Below, one piece after another: positions 40,209 through 49,409 of a stretch of 64,000 bases of DNA. The notes under the pieces are model-generated. The model searched no databases and was not told the DNA's origin. It saw only the letters and a list, made by a program, of their open reading frames with translations. Every line of letters starts with the position of its first letter. The stretch's first letter is position 1. The stretch is from an uncultured Chloroflexia bacterium. GTDB lineage: Bacteria > Chloroflexota > Limnocylindria > Limnocylindrales > CSP1-4. The position numbers were made by a program, and so were the translations under genes. The stretch covers positions 1,472,001 to 1,536,000 of the forward strand of contig CAWEZH010000002.1 in NCBI GenBank assembly GCA_963813535.1, given 5' to 3'.

Positions 40209-41612
40209 GTGACGGATGCGGCGCGGGCGATATCCGATGAGGATGACGCGCGGGTCATGCTGGTCGCCGTGCGCACATCGGTCGCCATGCTCGGCTCCGG
40301 CGCGCAGTCCGAGGACGTGGAGAGCGCGATCCGCACCATCGGCGCTGCATACGGCATCGCGGATGTGCAGGCGTCCGTCACGTTCTCCGGGATCTCTATC
40401 TCCTATCTCCCGAAAGGCCTCGACCATCCGACGACCGTCCTCCACATCGTCCGCGAGCGGAGGACTGATTTCGCCCGACTTGCAGGAGCCTGGGCGCTGG
40501 TTCGCCGGATCCGTGACGAGGGGCTCGGCCTGACCGAGGCCGAGGCGGCCCTCGATGAGCTGGAAGCGCAGACGTCGCCGTATGACCGGCTGGTGTCGTT
40601 CGTGGCGCCCGGGGTGTCGGCGGCAGGCTCGACGCTCGTGTTCGGCGGGAATGTCCTCGATGCTGTCGCCACCCTTGCGATCGCCTTCGCCGTGCAGCCG
40701 GCGCTCGCGGTCATCGACCGGTCGACCCTTCCACCGTTCTTCCGGCTCGTGTTCGGGGCGGGCGCCTCGACCCTTCTTGTCGCCCTGCTCGTTGCTGTCG
40801 GGCTGCCGATCGTCGGCGGCCTCGTCCTGACAGGTAGCCTGCTTCGGTTCCTGCCCGGCTACGCGCTCGTTTCGGGCTTCCGGGACCTGATCGACCAATC
40901 GATCATCTCGGGGACCGCTCGCCTCGCCGAGGCGCTGCTCCTGGGGGCGGGCGTCGCGGTCGGGACCGCGTTCGGGGTGGCGATCGCTGCGAGCTTCGAC
41001 GTCCAGCTTGCGATCGTGACCATCGGCCGGACGGATTGGGGGGTGATCGCGGCGGGCATCGCGGCCGCGATCGCCGTCGGCGCGTTCGCGATCCAACTCG
41101 GCGTGCCCGGTTTCGCCGTTCTTCAGGCCGCCGCATTGGGTTCGATCGCGTGGGTCGCATTCGCGGCCCTGGCAGACTTCGGGGCGCTCGTCGACCCCGT
41201 CGCCGCGACTCTGGTTGCGGCGATCGTCATCGGTATCGCGGGCCGGCTCCTGGCACGTCGGGCCCATGCGCCAGCCGCACTGTGGGTCGTCCCGTCGATC
41301 CTCCCGCTGTTGCCGGGCCTGCAGATCGTCCAGGCGATGTTGGCCGAGACGGATGCGGCGCGCGTTTCCGGGTTGATCGGTGCGGCAGCTACGGCGTTCC
41401 TGATCGGCACAGGCGTCGCGTCCGGTGACATCATCGTGACGACGCTCCGCGGCGTCAGGGAGCAGGTGGTCGCCCCAGCCGTCGAAGCGGTGACCGGCGG
41501 CGTCGAGGTGCTGATCGTCGCCCGAGTCGAGCGCGCAGTCGCGCACGCCCGCCGGAACCGACCATCGACTGGGCGCAAGTCGGCGATCGACGGATCCGAT
41601 GATCCCCGGTGA
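40209..41612 (+). CDS. Threonine/serine exporter (ThrE) family protein
   Basis: SGAQSEDVE, LPGYALVSGFRDL...SGTARL, LLPGL motifs. Confidence 0.88.
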   Translation: MTDAARAISDEDDARVMLVAVRTSVAMLGSGAQSEDVESAIRTIGAAYGIADVQASVTFSGISISYLPKGLDHPTTVLHIVRERRTDFARLAGAWALVRRIRDEGLGLTEAEAALDELEAQTSPYDRLVSFVAPGVSAAGSTLVFGGNVLDAVATLAIAFAVQPALAVIDRSTLPPFFRLVFGAGASTLLVALLVAVGLPIVGGLVLTGSLLRFLPGYALVSGFRDLIDQSIISGTARLAEALLLGAGVAVGTAFGVAIAASFDVQLAIVTIGRTDWGVIAAGIAAAIAVGAFAIQLGVPGFAVLQAAALGSIAWVAFAALADFGALVDPVAATLVAAIVIGIAGRLLARRAHAPAALWVVPSILPLLPGLQIVQAMLAETDAARVSGLIGAAATAFLIGTGVASGDIIVTTLRGVREQVVAPAVEAVTGGVEVLIVARVERAVAHARRNRPSTGRKSAIDGSDDPR

Positions 41613-41623
41613 CGCGCCGCGCC

Positions 41624-42934
41624 CTAGGCAGCCGCAGGCGCCTGAGCGCCACGCACCCGAGACCAGCCGACATCGAGGGCGATGCTGACGAGCAGGATGC
41701 CCACGAGGGCGATGATCGACGCCGGCTCCTCCAGTAGCGTCGTCAGGACGAACGTGACCAGCGCGACGGCAGCTGTGGCGATCGCGAGGAGCAGGATGCT
41801 GAGGCGGGCGCCGGTCTCCGACCGGATGCGCAGGTGCCCGGTCGTCACCATGACAAAGATCGCCAAGGCGACCGCGCTGCCGATGGACGCGATCGCCGAG
41901 AGGTCGAAGAAGACGACCGCGGCCACCACGAGGGTTGCCGCCACCAGCAGGCCGACCGACACTCGCCCGCCGAGCCGTGCCGCCATCACCGGTGGGAACT
42001 GGCCTGTCGACGCCAGGTGTTCGCACAATCCGGGCGCCGGAAACAAGCCGGCGTTGGTGGCGCCGGCGGTGGCAAAGAGCGCCGTCACCGTCATCAACCA
42101 GTAGCCGGCGTCACCGAGGACCGGCTGCGCCGCGACGGCGATCGCCGTCGGGCCGGAGGAGATGACCTCCGGGACGGTCAGCGTGCCAAAGACGCCCAGG
42201 GCGACCGCCACATACACGATGGTCGCGAGACCGATGGCGATCGTCATCGCCCGCGGTAGCTGATGCGACGGTTCTGCCAGATCCTTCGCGGTGAATGTCA
42301 CCACGCCGAACCCGAGAAAGGCGAAGAACGTCAACGCGACACTCGAGACGATCGTGCGTGTGTTCGGGTACCCCGCCGGGGCCAGGAGGGAAAGGTCGAT
42401 GTTCGCGATCGTCACCAAGGCGAAGAAGCCGAGGATGCCGACGACGACGAACACGAGAACGCTCTGCACGCGCGCAACGGACTTCGAGCCCGCGACGTTC
42501 AGAGCGGTCATGGCGACTGCAACGGCGACCGCGAATAGTTTGGTCCAGGTAGGGTCGTTGTCAGCGAATGCTGAGCTGGCGTAGCTGCCGAAGGACAGCG
42601 CCACCATCGCGGTCACGATGACGTTGACGAAGTAGGTCAACCAGGCGATCACTGTCGCGGCGTGGCCCGGACCGTAGCCGCGGTTGACGTATTCGAGCAG
42701 ACCACCCGCAGTCGGATATCGAGCACCGAGCTTGGCGAACGAATATCCCTGCAGTGCGGCGATGACGCCGGCTAGGACGAACGACAGCCAGACCGCCGCG
42801 CCGGCGACCTCACCTGCCGTCCCGAGGAGGGAAAAGATGCCGGCGCCGACCATGGCGCCGACGCCGATGAAGGCCGCTTGACGCGTGCTTAGGTGGCGCT
42901 CGGAGAGATCCCCCGCAGGACCTGATCCGGCCAT
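41624..42934 (-). CDS. APC family amino-acid permease
   Basis: GVGAMVGAGIF, YSFAKLGARYP.AGG, FFAFLGF motifs; AGAAGGAGG RBS. Confidence 0.92.
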   Translation of the reverse strand: MAGSGPAGDLSERHLSTRQAAFIGVGAMVGAGIFSLLGTAGEVAGAAVWLSFVLAGVIAALQGYSFAKLGARYPTAGGLLEYVNRGYGPGHAATVIAWLTYFVNVIVTAMVALSFGSYASSAFADNDPTWTKLFAVAVAVAMTALNVAGSKSVARVQSVLVFVVVGILGFFALVTIANIDLSLLAPAGYPNTRTIVSSVALTFFAFLGFGVVTFTAKDLAEPSHQLPRAMTIAIGLATIVYVAVALGVFGTLTVPEVISSGPTAIAVAAQPVLGDAGYWLMTVTALFATAGATNAGLFPAPGLCEHLASTGQFPPVMAARLGGRVSVGLLVAATLVVAAVVFFDLSAIASIGSAVALAIFVMVTTGHLRIRSETGARLSILLLAIATAAVALVTFVLTTLLEEPASIIALVGILLVSIALDVGWSRVRGAQAPAAA

Positions 42935-42962
42935 GCCTCCTTCTCCGGGGCGCGGTCGGCGA

Positions 42963-43550
42963 TCAGCCGGAGGTGAGCGATGCCTTGGCAGCGGCCGCCT
43001 GGCGGTCGATCTCCTCGCCGACCTGCTTGTTGATGGCCTGCTCGACGATGCGATCCGCCTCATCGAGCGCCTTCCGGATCTCGACGACGGCTGTGTCCTC
43101 GACGAGGGCGATGATGCCGGCGGTATTCGGCTTCATGACGTTGGCGAGCTCATCGGCCAGGCCCGCGCGATTGAACACGTTGCGCGCCTTGCCGAGCGCG
43201 GCCCCGGCGGTCCCGAGGGCCGCCGCGCTGGCGATGATCGACGGCGGGAAGATCACGCCGAGGACGGCGCCGCCGACGACGCCCCACTTGAGACCCGTCT
43301 TCGTGCTGTGCTCGGTGACCTTGCCAAGATGGATCTTGCCGTCCGCGTCGCAACTGGCGATGACGACGCCGTCGATCTTGAGGGGACTCGTCCGCTCGAT
43401 CTCCTGGAGTTGCGCGTACGCCGCCTCAGCACCCTCCATCGTCGGGAACTGGGCGACGATGAGCGAGTGTGCGCCATCGGTGACGAGGCCGATGACGACC
43501 TCTGGATCGACGGACTCTTGGGGATCCTGGGCAGTCGATTCGGACGTCAT
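42963..43550 (-). CDS. DUF1269 family protein
   Basis: IDGVVI...DGKI, glycine-zipper GLKWGVVGGAVLG, PNTAGIIALV motifs. Confidence 0.8.
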   Translation of the reverse strand: MTSESTAQDPQESVDPEVVIGLVTDGAHSLIVAQFPTMEGAEAAYAQLQEIERTSPLKIDGVVIASCDADGKIHLGKVTEHSTKTGLKWGVVGGAVLGVIFPPSIIASAAALGTAGAALGKARNVFNRAGLADELANVMKPNTAGIIALVEDTAVVEIRKALDEADRIVEQAINKQVGEEIDRQAAAAKASLTSG

Positions 43551-43666
43551 GATCTGCTCCTTGTGTGCGTCATGACGCGATTCCAGCCCGCCGTCGAGGC
43601 GCGGTCAAGCGTGCACACCCCCGCCTTGATTCGGGCGACCGCAAGGTCAGGTCGGGGTCGGAGGTC

Positions 43667-44047
43667 TCATCCCTTCTTTGGCGCGCTGTCGCGCCGAGTT
43701 GCTTCGTAGGCCTCGAGCGCGCGCCTGACCTGCCGTCGCTTGGCTTCGGGGATGATCTCGACCAACACGACCACCACGGCCGCGGTCCAGAGCGCGAAGC
43801 CGAACGAGTAGAGCAGGTCGGCCAGCAGTCCAACCGGTTCCGTCGTCGCCGACGGTCTGAGCAGATACCCGACGATGTACGCGGCCAGGCCCACCACGAA
43901 GGCGATCGCAAGGGTGAAGTACAGGAAGCGCTGCCCGTACGCGCCCTGCCGCAGCACCGTCCTGTGCTCCTCGAACCAGGCCCGGGCGTAGGGGTCGTCC
44001 AGGAGGGGGTCGAGGTCGTCGTCAGCGGGTTGGGTAGGCAGCGACAT
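43667..44047 (-). CDS. Hypothetical 2-TM membrane protein
   Basis: GGAGG RBS; two hydrophobic helices. Confidence 0.75.
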   Translation of the reverse strand: MSLPTQPADDDLDPLLDDPYARAWFEEHRTVLRQGAYGQRFLYFTLAIAFVVGLAAYIVGYLLRPSATTEPVGLLADLLYSFGFALWTAAVVVVLVEIIPEAKRRQVRRALEAYEATRRDSAPKKG

Positions 44048-44177
44048 GGTCGGCCTCCGATCCGAGTCGACGGGCCGGCCGGCCGGCCCGGCCGGCTGCA
44101 GCTCGTCGGGTAAATCCTAGCCTCACGTCGGGCCGGTGCGGTCCGCGCCGATGCCCTCACCGCGGTGAACTCGTGAT

Positions 44178-44223
44178 TGGAGCGGGAGACGGGGTTCGAA
44201 CCCGCGACATGCAGCTTGGAAGG
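44178..44223 (-). repeat. Displaced 3' fragment of tRNA-Gly (att site)
   Basis: 46 nt matching 46497-46542 with two mismatches; similarity stops just 5' of the anticodon loop. Confidence 0.92.
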
Positions 44224-44360
44224 TGTCCCGCTCTCAGTGCTGTGGCGCTGAGCGTGTAGGACCCTTTCGAGTGTGTCCAGTTTGTCGCTGGGAACCGCCT
44301 CGACTCCGCCGGACGGGCCCATCGCCTGCAAGGGCTCTCGGCCAGGGCTTGTGGAAGCCT

Positions 44361-45833
44361 TTACAGGTGGTCCGGGCGCCGGCGACGCAACGCGATGGCG
44401 ACCGCGGCCAGGCTGAGCACGAAGATGGCGCCAAGCGGAACACCGGGCGATGCCGACGGTTCGGGTGGCGCGGCCGGGGCGGTGTCCGTCGGCGGCAGGT
44501 TGGAACCACCCGACTGGGCCTCGACACTGCCGCTGGGTGGATCCTTGAACGCCACGAGGACGAACCCGCCGGTGCCATCCTCGTCGGGTCGACACACCAG
44601 CTCACCACGGTACCAACCGCACTCCTCGTCGGAACCGGTGTATGTGACGAGCACCGCGGGCATCGTTGCGAGACCCGTCGGAGCGGTAACCTCGGTGATC
44701 CAGTAGTCGCCCGGCGTCGTCGGCGCGAAGACGGCGAACCCTTGTGGCGCGTCGACGGACGCCAGGAGCGGCGCGTCCTCAGCATCCGGCTCGTATTCCT
44801 CGTCGCCATCGTCAAGTCGGAGCTCGAACCGTGCTCCCCCGACCACCTCGTCGTCATCGGTGGACTCTGTTCCCTGATCTGCAACCTTGATGACGATGAG
44901 CGGCGGATCGCCGGACGGCTTCGCGGACTCACTGGGGAGGGCACTCGGCGCGGCACTTGCGCTCTCGCTCGGCAGGGCGGAGGGTTCGAGCGACGGACTC
45001 TCGCTCGGCAGCGCGGATGGCTCGAGAGAGGCGCTCTCGGTCGGCAGGGCGGAAGGCTCGGTGGACGCGCTCTCGGTCGGCAGGGCGGAAGGCTCGGTGG
45101 ACGCGCTCTCGGTCGGCAGGGCGGAAGGCTCGGTGGGCGCGGACGCCGTCGGCTCTGGCGTGGGGGAGACTGTCGGAGTCGGTGTCGGCTCTGGACAGAC
45201 GATGGTGACATCCAACCGGCGGCCCGCGACCGCTGCCGTCGATGCTCGGTCCTCGGGCGCGACCTGCGCATGGACGTTCAGGCCCGCTTCGCCGGCGTAA
45301 GTGCCTGGCGCGAACGCGAACGAGGCCTCCCACCCGTCCTTCGAGATGTAGGCGAATGCCGGCGGAGGCCCCAGCCCGTCATCGCCATCAACGAGCTTGT
45401 CGGTCTGACCCTGCTTGACGTAGTTGTCCGAGTCCGATGGGATCACGACCCAGCCACTGACGGTCGTGACGTGGACATAGAAGGTCCGGGACGCACAGTC
45501 GAAGCGGCCGTACAACTTGGCCAGGACCGGGTGATCAGGCTTGCCAGCCTCGTACATGTTCGCGAGGAAGTCCGCGCTTGGGTCGTCCCAATCGACGCGT
45601 GACCCATCGATGGCGATCCCCGCAGGCGTGACCTCGCGGACGTTCGGCGCCGCTGCAAGGACGGGGAGGGCGCTCAGGACGCCGCCGATCGCCAGGACCA
45701 GGGCCGCCGCGGTAGCGAGTGGCACCCGCGATGATCGGGGGACATTCGAACGGATCGATCGCGGCCGGTCACCGACCGCGGGATCCCGGTGCTGCATGAA
45801 AGCTCCTGGGCGCCGCCACGAGGCAGGCGTCAT
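44361..45833 (-). CDS. Secreted/surface protein with 12-aa repeats, SpaA/prealbumin-like domain and LPPTD-TM-RRRR tail (start uncertain)
   Basis: Signal peptide; GARFEL...PGDYWITEVTAPTG; C-terminal NLPPTDT, hydrophobic stretch, RRRR. Confidence 0.8.
   Translation of the reverse strand: MTPASWRRPGAFMQHRDPAVGDRPRSIRSNVPRSSRVPLATAAALVLAIGGVLSALPVLAAAPNVREVTPAGIAIDGSRVDWDDPSADFLANMYEAGKPDHPVLAKLYGRFDCASRTFYVHVTTVSGWVVIPSDSDNYVKQGQTDKLVDGDDGLGPPPAFAYISKDGWEASFAFAPGTYAGEAGLNVHAQVAPEDRASTAAVAGRRLDVTIVCPEPTPTPTVSPTPEPTASAPTEPSALPTESASTEPSALPTESASTEPSALPTESASLEPSALPSESPSLEPSALPSESASAAPSALPSESAKPSGDPPLIVIKVADQGTESTDDDEVVGGARFELRLDDGDEEYEPDAEDAPLLASVDAPQGFAVFAPTTPGDYWITEVTAPTGLATMPAVLVTYTGSDEECGWYRGELVCRPDEDGTGGFVLVAFKDPPSGSVEAQSGGSNLPPTDTAPAAPPEPSASPGVPLGAIFVLSLAAVAIALRRRRPDHL
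44930..45135 (-). repeat. 36-bp coding tandem repeat (EPSALPTESAS[T/L], about 5-6 units)
   Basis: GCGCTCTCGGTCGGCAGGGCGGAAGGCTCGGTGGAC repeated near-exactly three times plus degenerate units. Confidence 0.9.
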
Positions 45834-46093
45834 CCAGATCCAGGTCGTTCGTCACCGTAATCCGCTCGCCGTCGGGTGACCAGCCTGACATTCGTACGGG
45901 TGAGCCTGGCGCGTCGAAACAGGATCGCGTCCAAGAGCTCATCCCACTTGCCCGCTGTTTCGCGTGGGACCGGAAACGCCGGAAACGCCGGACATGCCAC
46001 CGGGGGCCGCCTCCACCTCCCGCGATGCGTCCGCGGGTCGCCCCAGATGGTCCGGGATGCCCTGGCAGTGCTCTGCCTCAAGGCCGAGACGAC

Positions 46094-46496
46094 CTATGCC
46101 GAGAGGGACAGCCTTCCGGAATCGAGCCACGACAAGACGTCAGTCGCCATCGCATCGGCAGCTTCAGATGAAGACGTGAGGCTGTCGGCACGCCACGTCA
46201 CCTCGTGAATCGCCTTGGCTCCAACCCAGAGGTCTGGCGCGTCCCTCACGCCGGGACCACGGAACCGGATAATCAGACCGCGATTCGCACCGAAGGCCTC
46301 GGCAAAGGCGATGGTCTGATAGAGGTCCGCGCGGGACCAGTCGCCGCCCGACATCTTGTACTTGACATCGCCGACCGCCGAGCCACCGTCAAACACGAGG
46401 TCAGGGTTGAAGGTGAGGGTAGATCCGACAAGCTGCCTTCCTTCCTTCCTGACGCGGGCACCGCCGAGCCGCTCCTGGAGTACGACTCGGAGTGTT
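46094..46496 (-). pseudogene. C-terminal remnant of McrC-like PD-(D/E)XK restriction component
   Basis: FNPDLVF...VGDVKYK...RADLYQTIAFA; the open frame has no start and abuts the tRNA 3' end. Confidence 0.65.
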
Positions 46497-46572
46497 TGGA
46501 GCGGGAGACGAGGTTCGAACTCGCGACATGCAGCTTGGAAGGCTGCCGCTCTGCCAACTGAGCTACTCCCGC
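46497..46572 (-). tRNA. tRNA-Gly (TCC)
   Basis: GCGGGAGTAGCTCAGTTGGCAGAGCGGCAGCCTTCCAAGCTGCATGTCGCGAGTTCGAACCTCGTCTCCCGCTCCA; 76 nt, cloverleaf, encoded CCA; extended -10 TGGTACCTT just upstream. Confidence 0.97.
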
Positions 46573-46830
46573 CCGGGGCATCGGTGAAGGTACCAAAGCT
46601 GTTGGGGACCGTCGACCGCATACCCGATTTCCAACGCATCGCGAACGTCCCACACGTCGTGACCCTGAGCCACCGCGCGATCGAGTCTGTCAGACCCACG
46701 GTCGCCACCGAAATGCAAGCAGGCCACGCCCCGACCCTTGTGGATCGACGTCGCGACTGTCCTACACGCTCACGGTGCGCTGTCCCGGACCGGCGGTGTC
46801 CGTCCATTGCCACCACGGTGCCCGCTGGGG

Positions 46831-46880
46831 TTGACAGTCGAGAAGCGTAAGCGCTAACTTACGGTAAGTGAATACTTACG
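46831..46880 (+). promoter_or_regulatory. Promoter TTGACA-N18-TAACTT with tandem operators GTAAG-N6-CTTAC
   Basis: CGTAAG-cgctaa-CTTACG (46846-46863) and GGTAAG-tgaata-CTTACG (46863-46880). Confidence 0.8.
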
Positions 46881-47224
46881 CATCGGTCATGGACGCCGTC
46901 GGTGACGGCACGCGACGGGCGATACTCGAGCGACTGCTCGAGCGGCCCGCCGCGGTCGGCGAGCTGGCGGCCGGGCTGCCGGTGACCCGCCCGGCGGTGA
47001 GCCAGCACCTGCGAGTCCTGAAGATGGCCCGCTTGGTGACGGATACGCAGGTCGGCACGCGCCGCATCTATTCGGTCGATCCGGAGGGCGTCCGCGAGGT
47101 GCGTGAGTACTGGGAGCGCTTCTGGTCGCAGGCACTGGCCGGCTTCAAGGCGGTCGCCGACACCGAAGCCGAGCAGCGGGCCGGCACCGGCCGCAAGGAG
47201 AGTTCTGATGGCGATCGAGGTTGA
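46868..47224 (+). CDS. ArsR/SmtB family regulator
   Basis: DGTRRAILERL, VGELA...VTRPAVSQHLRVLK, GTRRIY motifs. Confidence 0.93.
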   Translation: MNTYASVMDAVGDGTRRAILERLLERPAAVGELAAGLPVTRPAVSQHLRVLKMARLVTDTQVGTRRIYSVDPEGVREVREYWERFWSQALAGFKAVADTEAEQRAGTGRKESSDGDRG

Positions 47225-47675
47225 CGTGGAGGCTGACGTGGCGCGGGTGGTTCGCAGCTCGGTGACGGTGAAGCTGCCGCGCGACGCGGCATTCCGGCTA
47301 TTCACGGAGCGGATGGGCAGCTGGTGGCCGCTGGCCACCCACTCCGTGTTCCATGCCGAGGCGGTGGCGGTAACGATCCAGCCCGTTGTCGGCGGCCGCG
47401 TGTACGAGGCGACCGCCGATGGCCGCACTTCCGATTGGGGCACGATCACCGAGTGGCAGCCCGGGGAGCGGCTGGCGATGACGTGGCATCCCGGCGACGA
47501 GTCCGATCTGGCGACCCTGGTGGAGGTTACCTTCAGCGAAGCGCCCGATGGTGGCACGCATGTCGATCTGCTCCATACCGGCTGGGCGGTGCATGGCGCC
47601 GAGGCAGCGGCGAGGGCCGCCGACTATCAGCAGGGATGGACGGCTCTGCTCGAGGGTTTCGCGAAGGCCGCCTGA
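47208..47675 (+). CDS. SRPBCC/AHSA1 domain protein
   Basis: AFRLFTE..GSWWP, WGTITEWQPGERL, TLVEVTF, LLHTGW, GW motifs. Confidence 0.9.
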   Translation: MAIEVDVEADVARVVRSSVTVKLPRDAAFRLFTERMGSWWPLATHSVFHAEAVAVTIQPVVGGRVYEATADGRTSDWGTITEWQPGERLAMTWHPGDESDLATLVEVTFSEAPDGGTHVDLLHTGWAVHGAEAAARAADYQQGWTALLEGFAKAA

Positions 47676-47716
47676 GCGCGGCCGGGCAGCAGCCTCTCAG
47701 CTGGATCGGCCTGCTC

Positions 47717-47779
47717 GAACGGCTCGCCGTGACCGGGCATGACCCGATCGGCAGTAGCCAGGATCCGCTGGCGGCTCGT
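47717..47779 (-). pseudogene. Short remnant of an MBL-fold hydrolase C-terminus
   Basis: Translates to TSRQRILATADRVMPGHGEPF; no upstream HxHxDH region present. Confidence 0.45.
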
Positions 47780-47933
47780 CTCGGAGTGACTGTCAGCTCT
47801 CCGCTTCCCCTGCCCGGCATGACCTGGCCTTGAGCTACGGAGCTGCCGGCTCTATCAACGGCTGTCCCCGCGCCGCCTGACGGTCCCTTCTCATCTGGCC
47901 TGGCGATGGTCACCTGTGTCGCTCAGCCGGAGC

Positions 47934-48836
47934 CTACGACGACGTGTTGGCAGCGCCGGGCGCGGGAAGCTCTGCCGGCGATGCCGACAGCGGCGGCGTG
48001 TCCCAGCGACCCGTTCCGATCGACTCGGTCGTGAACGCCTCCGCGAGACGCCGGCGAAGCTCGCTCGACGCGTCGGAACGAAGTCCCGGCGGCACCCGCC
48101 GGTATAGGCTGATGGTCGCGCCGTCGAGGGTAAGCGCGGTCACCCTCGTGTCGATGGATGAATCAAGGAGGCCCCCGCTCCACCCTCGCTCCTCACCGAG
48201 CTCCCGGCTCACCCGACCGGCGACCGCGATCGCCCGGTCGAGGTCCCCTGGTCGCAGGATCTGGACGTCAACAGTAGCGACCGAGTACAGGCGCGTCAGA
48301 TTGGACGACACGCGGATCACTCCATTCGACACTGCATGGAGGGCGCCGTGCGTGTCTCGGAGGGTCGTTCGGCGCAAGCCGATCTCGTCGACCTCGCCCT
48401 CGACGATCGTTCCAGGAGCCTGGACCGAGATCCAGTCACCTTTGAAGAACGGGCCCTCGATGAGGATGAGGATGCCCATCAGGTAGTCGAGCACGATCGC
48501 CTGCCCGGCGAGCGTGATGGCTGCGGCGATGAGCCCGAGACCGGCCAGCAGGGGCCAGAGATCGAACACGCCCAGGAGCAGGAGGATCAGCGCGACGAGG
48601 AAGGCACCGCGACTCAGGTTGCGCAGAACGCTCTCGAGCGTCACGGCGCGCTTCTGGATCTCCGCCGCGGGATCTCCACCCGAATCGAGCGTTGCCTGGT
48701 TCGCGCGGAACATCGCCTGGACGACGCGAGGGATCATCATCCGGGCGAGCCGATACAAGCCGAACAGGATCAGCACGCCAATGACCAGGGTGATGCCGTG
48801 GCGGGCGATCCAGACCAGCAGCTCGTTGAGCGTCAT
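47934..48836 (-). CDS. MscS family mechanosensitive channel
   Basis: LLAGLG...Q..VLDYLMGILILIEGPFFKGDWI, GEVDEIGLRRTTLRD motifs. Confidence 0.9.
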   Translation of the reverse strand: MTLNELLVWIARHGITLVIGVLILFGLYRLARMMIPRVVQAMFRANQATLDSGGDPAAEIQKRAVTLESVLRNLSRGAFLVALILLLLGVFDLWPLLAGLGLIAAAITLAGQAIVLDYLMGILILIEGPFFKGDWISVQAPGTIVEGEVDEIGLRRTTLRDTHGALHAVSNGVIRVSSNLTRLYSVATVDVQILRPGDLDRAIAVAGRVSRELGEERGWSGGLLDSSIDTRVTALTLDGATISLYRRVPPGLRSDASSELRRRLAEAFTTESIGTGRWDTPPLSASPAELPAPGAANTSS

Positions 48837-48926
48837 GCCGGCTCCACTTCAGTGATCGAGCTGTCGCGGTCCCGCCTGGGCATCGACCTCACCACAGCCA
48901 GGACTCCGCGACGCACGCGGGGCGGG

Positions 48927-49316
48927 CTAGCCCTTGCGCTCGAGGATCGGCCGGGCCACATCGGGCTTGTCGACCACGAACGCGAACATCGCCCGGTCGC
49001 CCCAACGGCCGAGGAAGAGGTGGCCCTGGATGTTCACGCCCGCATCGGCGAGGGCTCGCGACAGGCGAGCCATGCCGCCCGGCTTGTCGTCCACCTCCGT
49101 GACCAGCGACTCGCCCTCGATGTAGACATAGCCCAGGTCGTCGAGCACTGCCTTGGTGGTGTCGTCGTCGGCGGTGGTCATGATCACGTGACCGGAGTCG
49201 CCGATGCTGCCGCCGCCGATGGCCCGCAGATCGACGCCGCGCGCGGCGAGGGCCTCGGCGAGGGTCGCCATCGCGCCCGGCTCGTTCTTCAGCTGCACGA
49301 CGAACTGGTTGGCCAT
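48927..49316 (-). CDS. Tandem ACT domain protein
   Basis: LKNEPGAMATLAEALAARGVDL and VDDKPGGMARLSRALADAGVNI; GGAGG RBS. Confidence 0.88.
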   Translation of the reverse strand: MANQFVVQLKNEPGAMATLAEALAARGVDLRAIGGGSIGDSGHVIMTTADDDTTKAVLDDLGYVYIEGESLVTEVDDKPGGMARLSRALADAGVNIQGHLFLGRWGDRAMFAFVVDKPDVARPILERKG

Positions 49317-49409
49317 GTCGGTGACGACCTCCGAAGGCGACTGGAAGCCGGATTCTACCCGCGCCACGTCGACTGACGATGACGGGATAGCAGGTGCTAG
49401 GGTGCCTCG

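Larger units (their letters stand above)
44178..46542. mobile_element. Decayed tRNA-Gly-integrated genomic island (about 2.3 kb, no integrase)
   Basis: Flanked by the 46-bp direct repeat; contains a truncated McrC-like gene and a surface protein. Confidence 0.75.

Noticed and set aside
44178-44223. Second tRNA-Gly gene
   Set aside because: Only the 3' 46 nt are present; the D-arm and 5' acceptor strand are missing.
44291-44317. Fourth ECF promoter copy (GGGAACC)
   Set aside because: No CGGTGTA at 13-nt spacing and no correctly oriented downstream gene.
44930-45135. 36-bp repeats resembling a CRISPR array
   Set aside because: Units are head-to-tail without unique spacers, lie in frame in a CDS (12-aa repeat), and no cas genes are in the window.
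45970-45992. Short tandem CCGGAAACG repeat
   Set aside because: Only about 2.5 units with no context suggesting a function.
46094-46816. 240-aa ORF spanning the tRNA
   Set aside because: The N-terminal part is chance read-through of the tRNA and its promoter; only 46094-46496 is protein-like.
47681-47818. Multi-branched structured RNA closed by GCCGGGCAG/CTGCCCGGC
   Set aside because: The core reads as an MBL-hydrolase C-terminal fragment on the minus strand, and such stems arise easily at this GC content.
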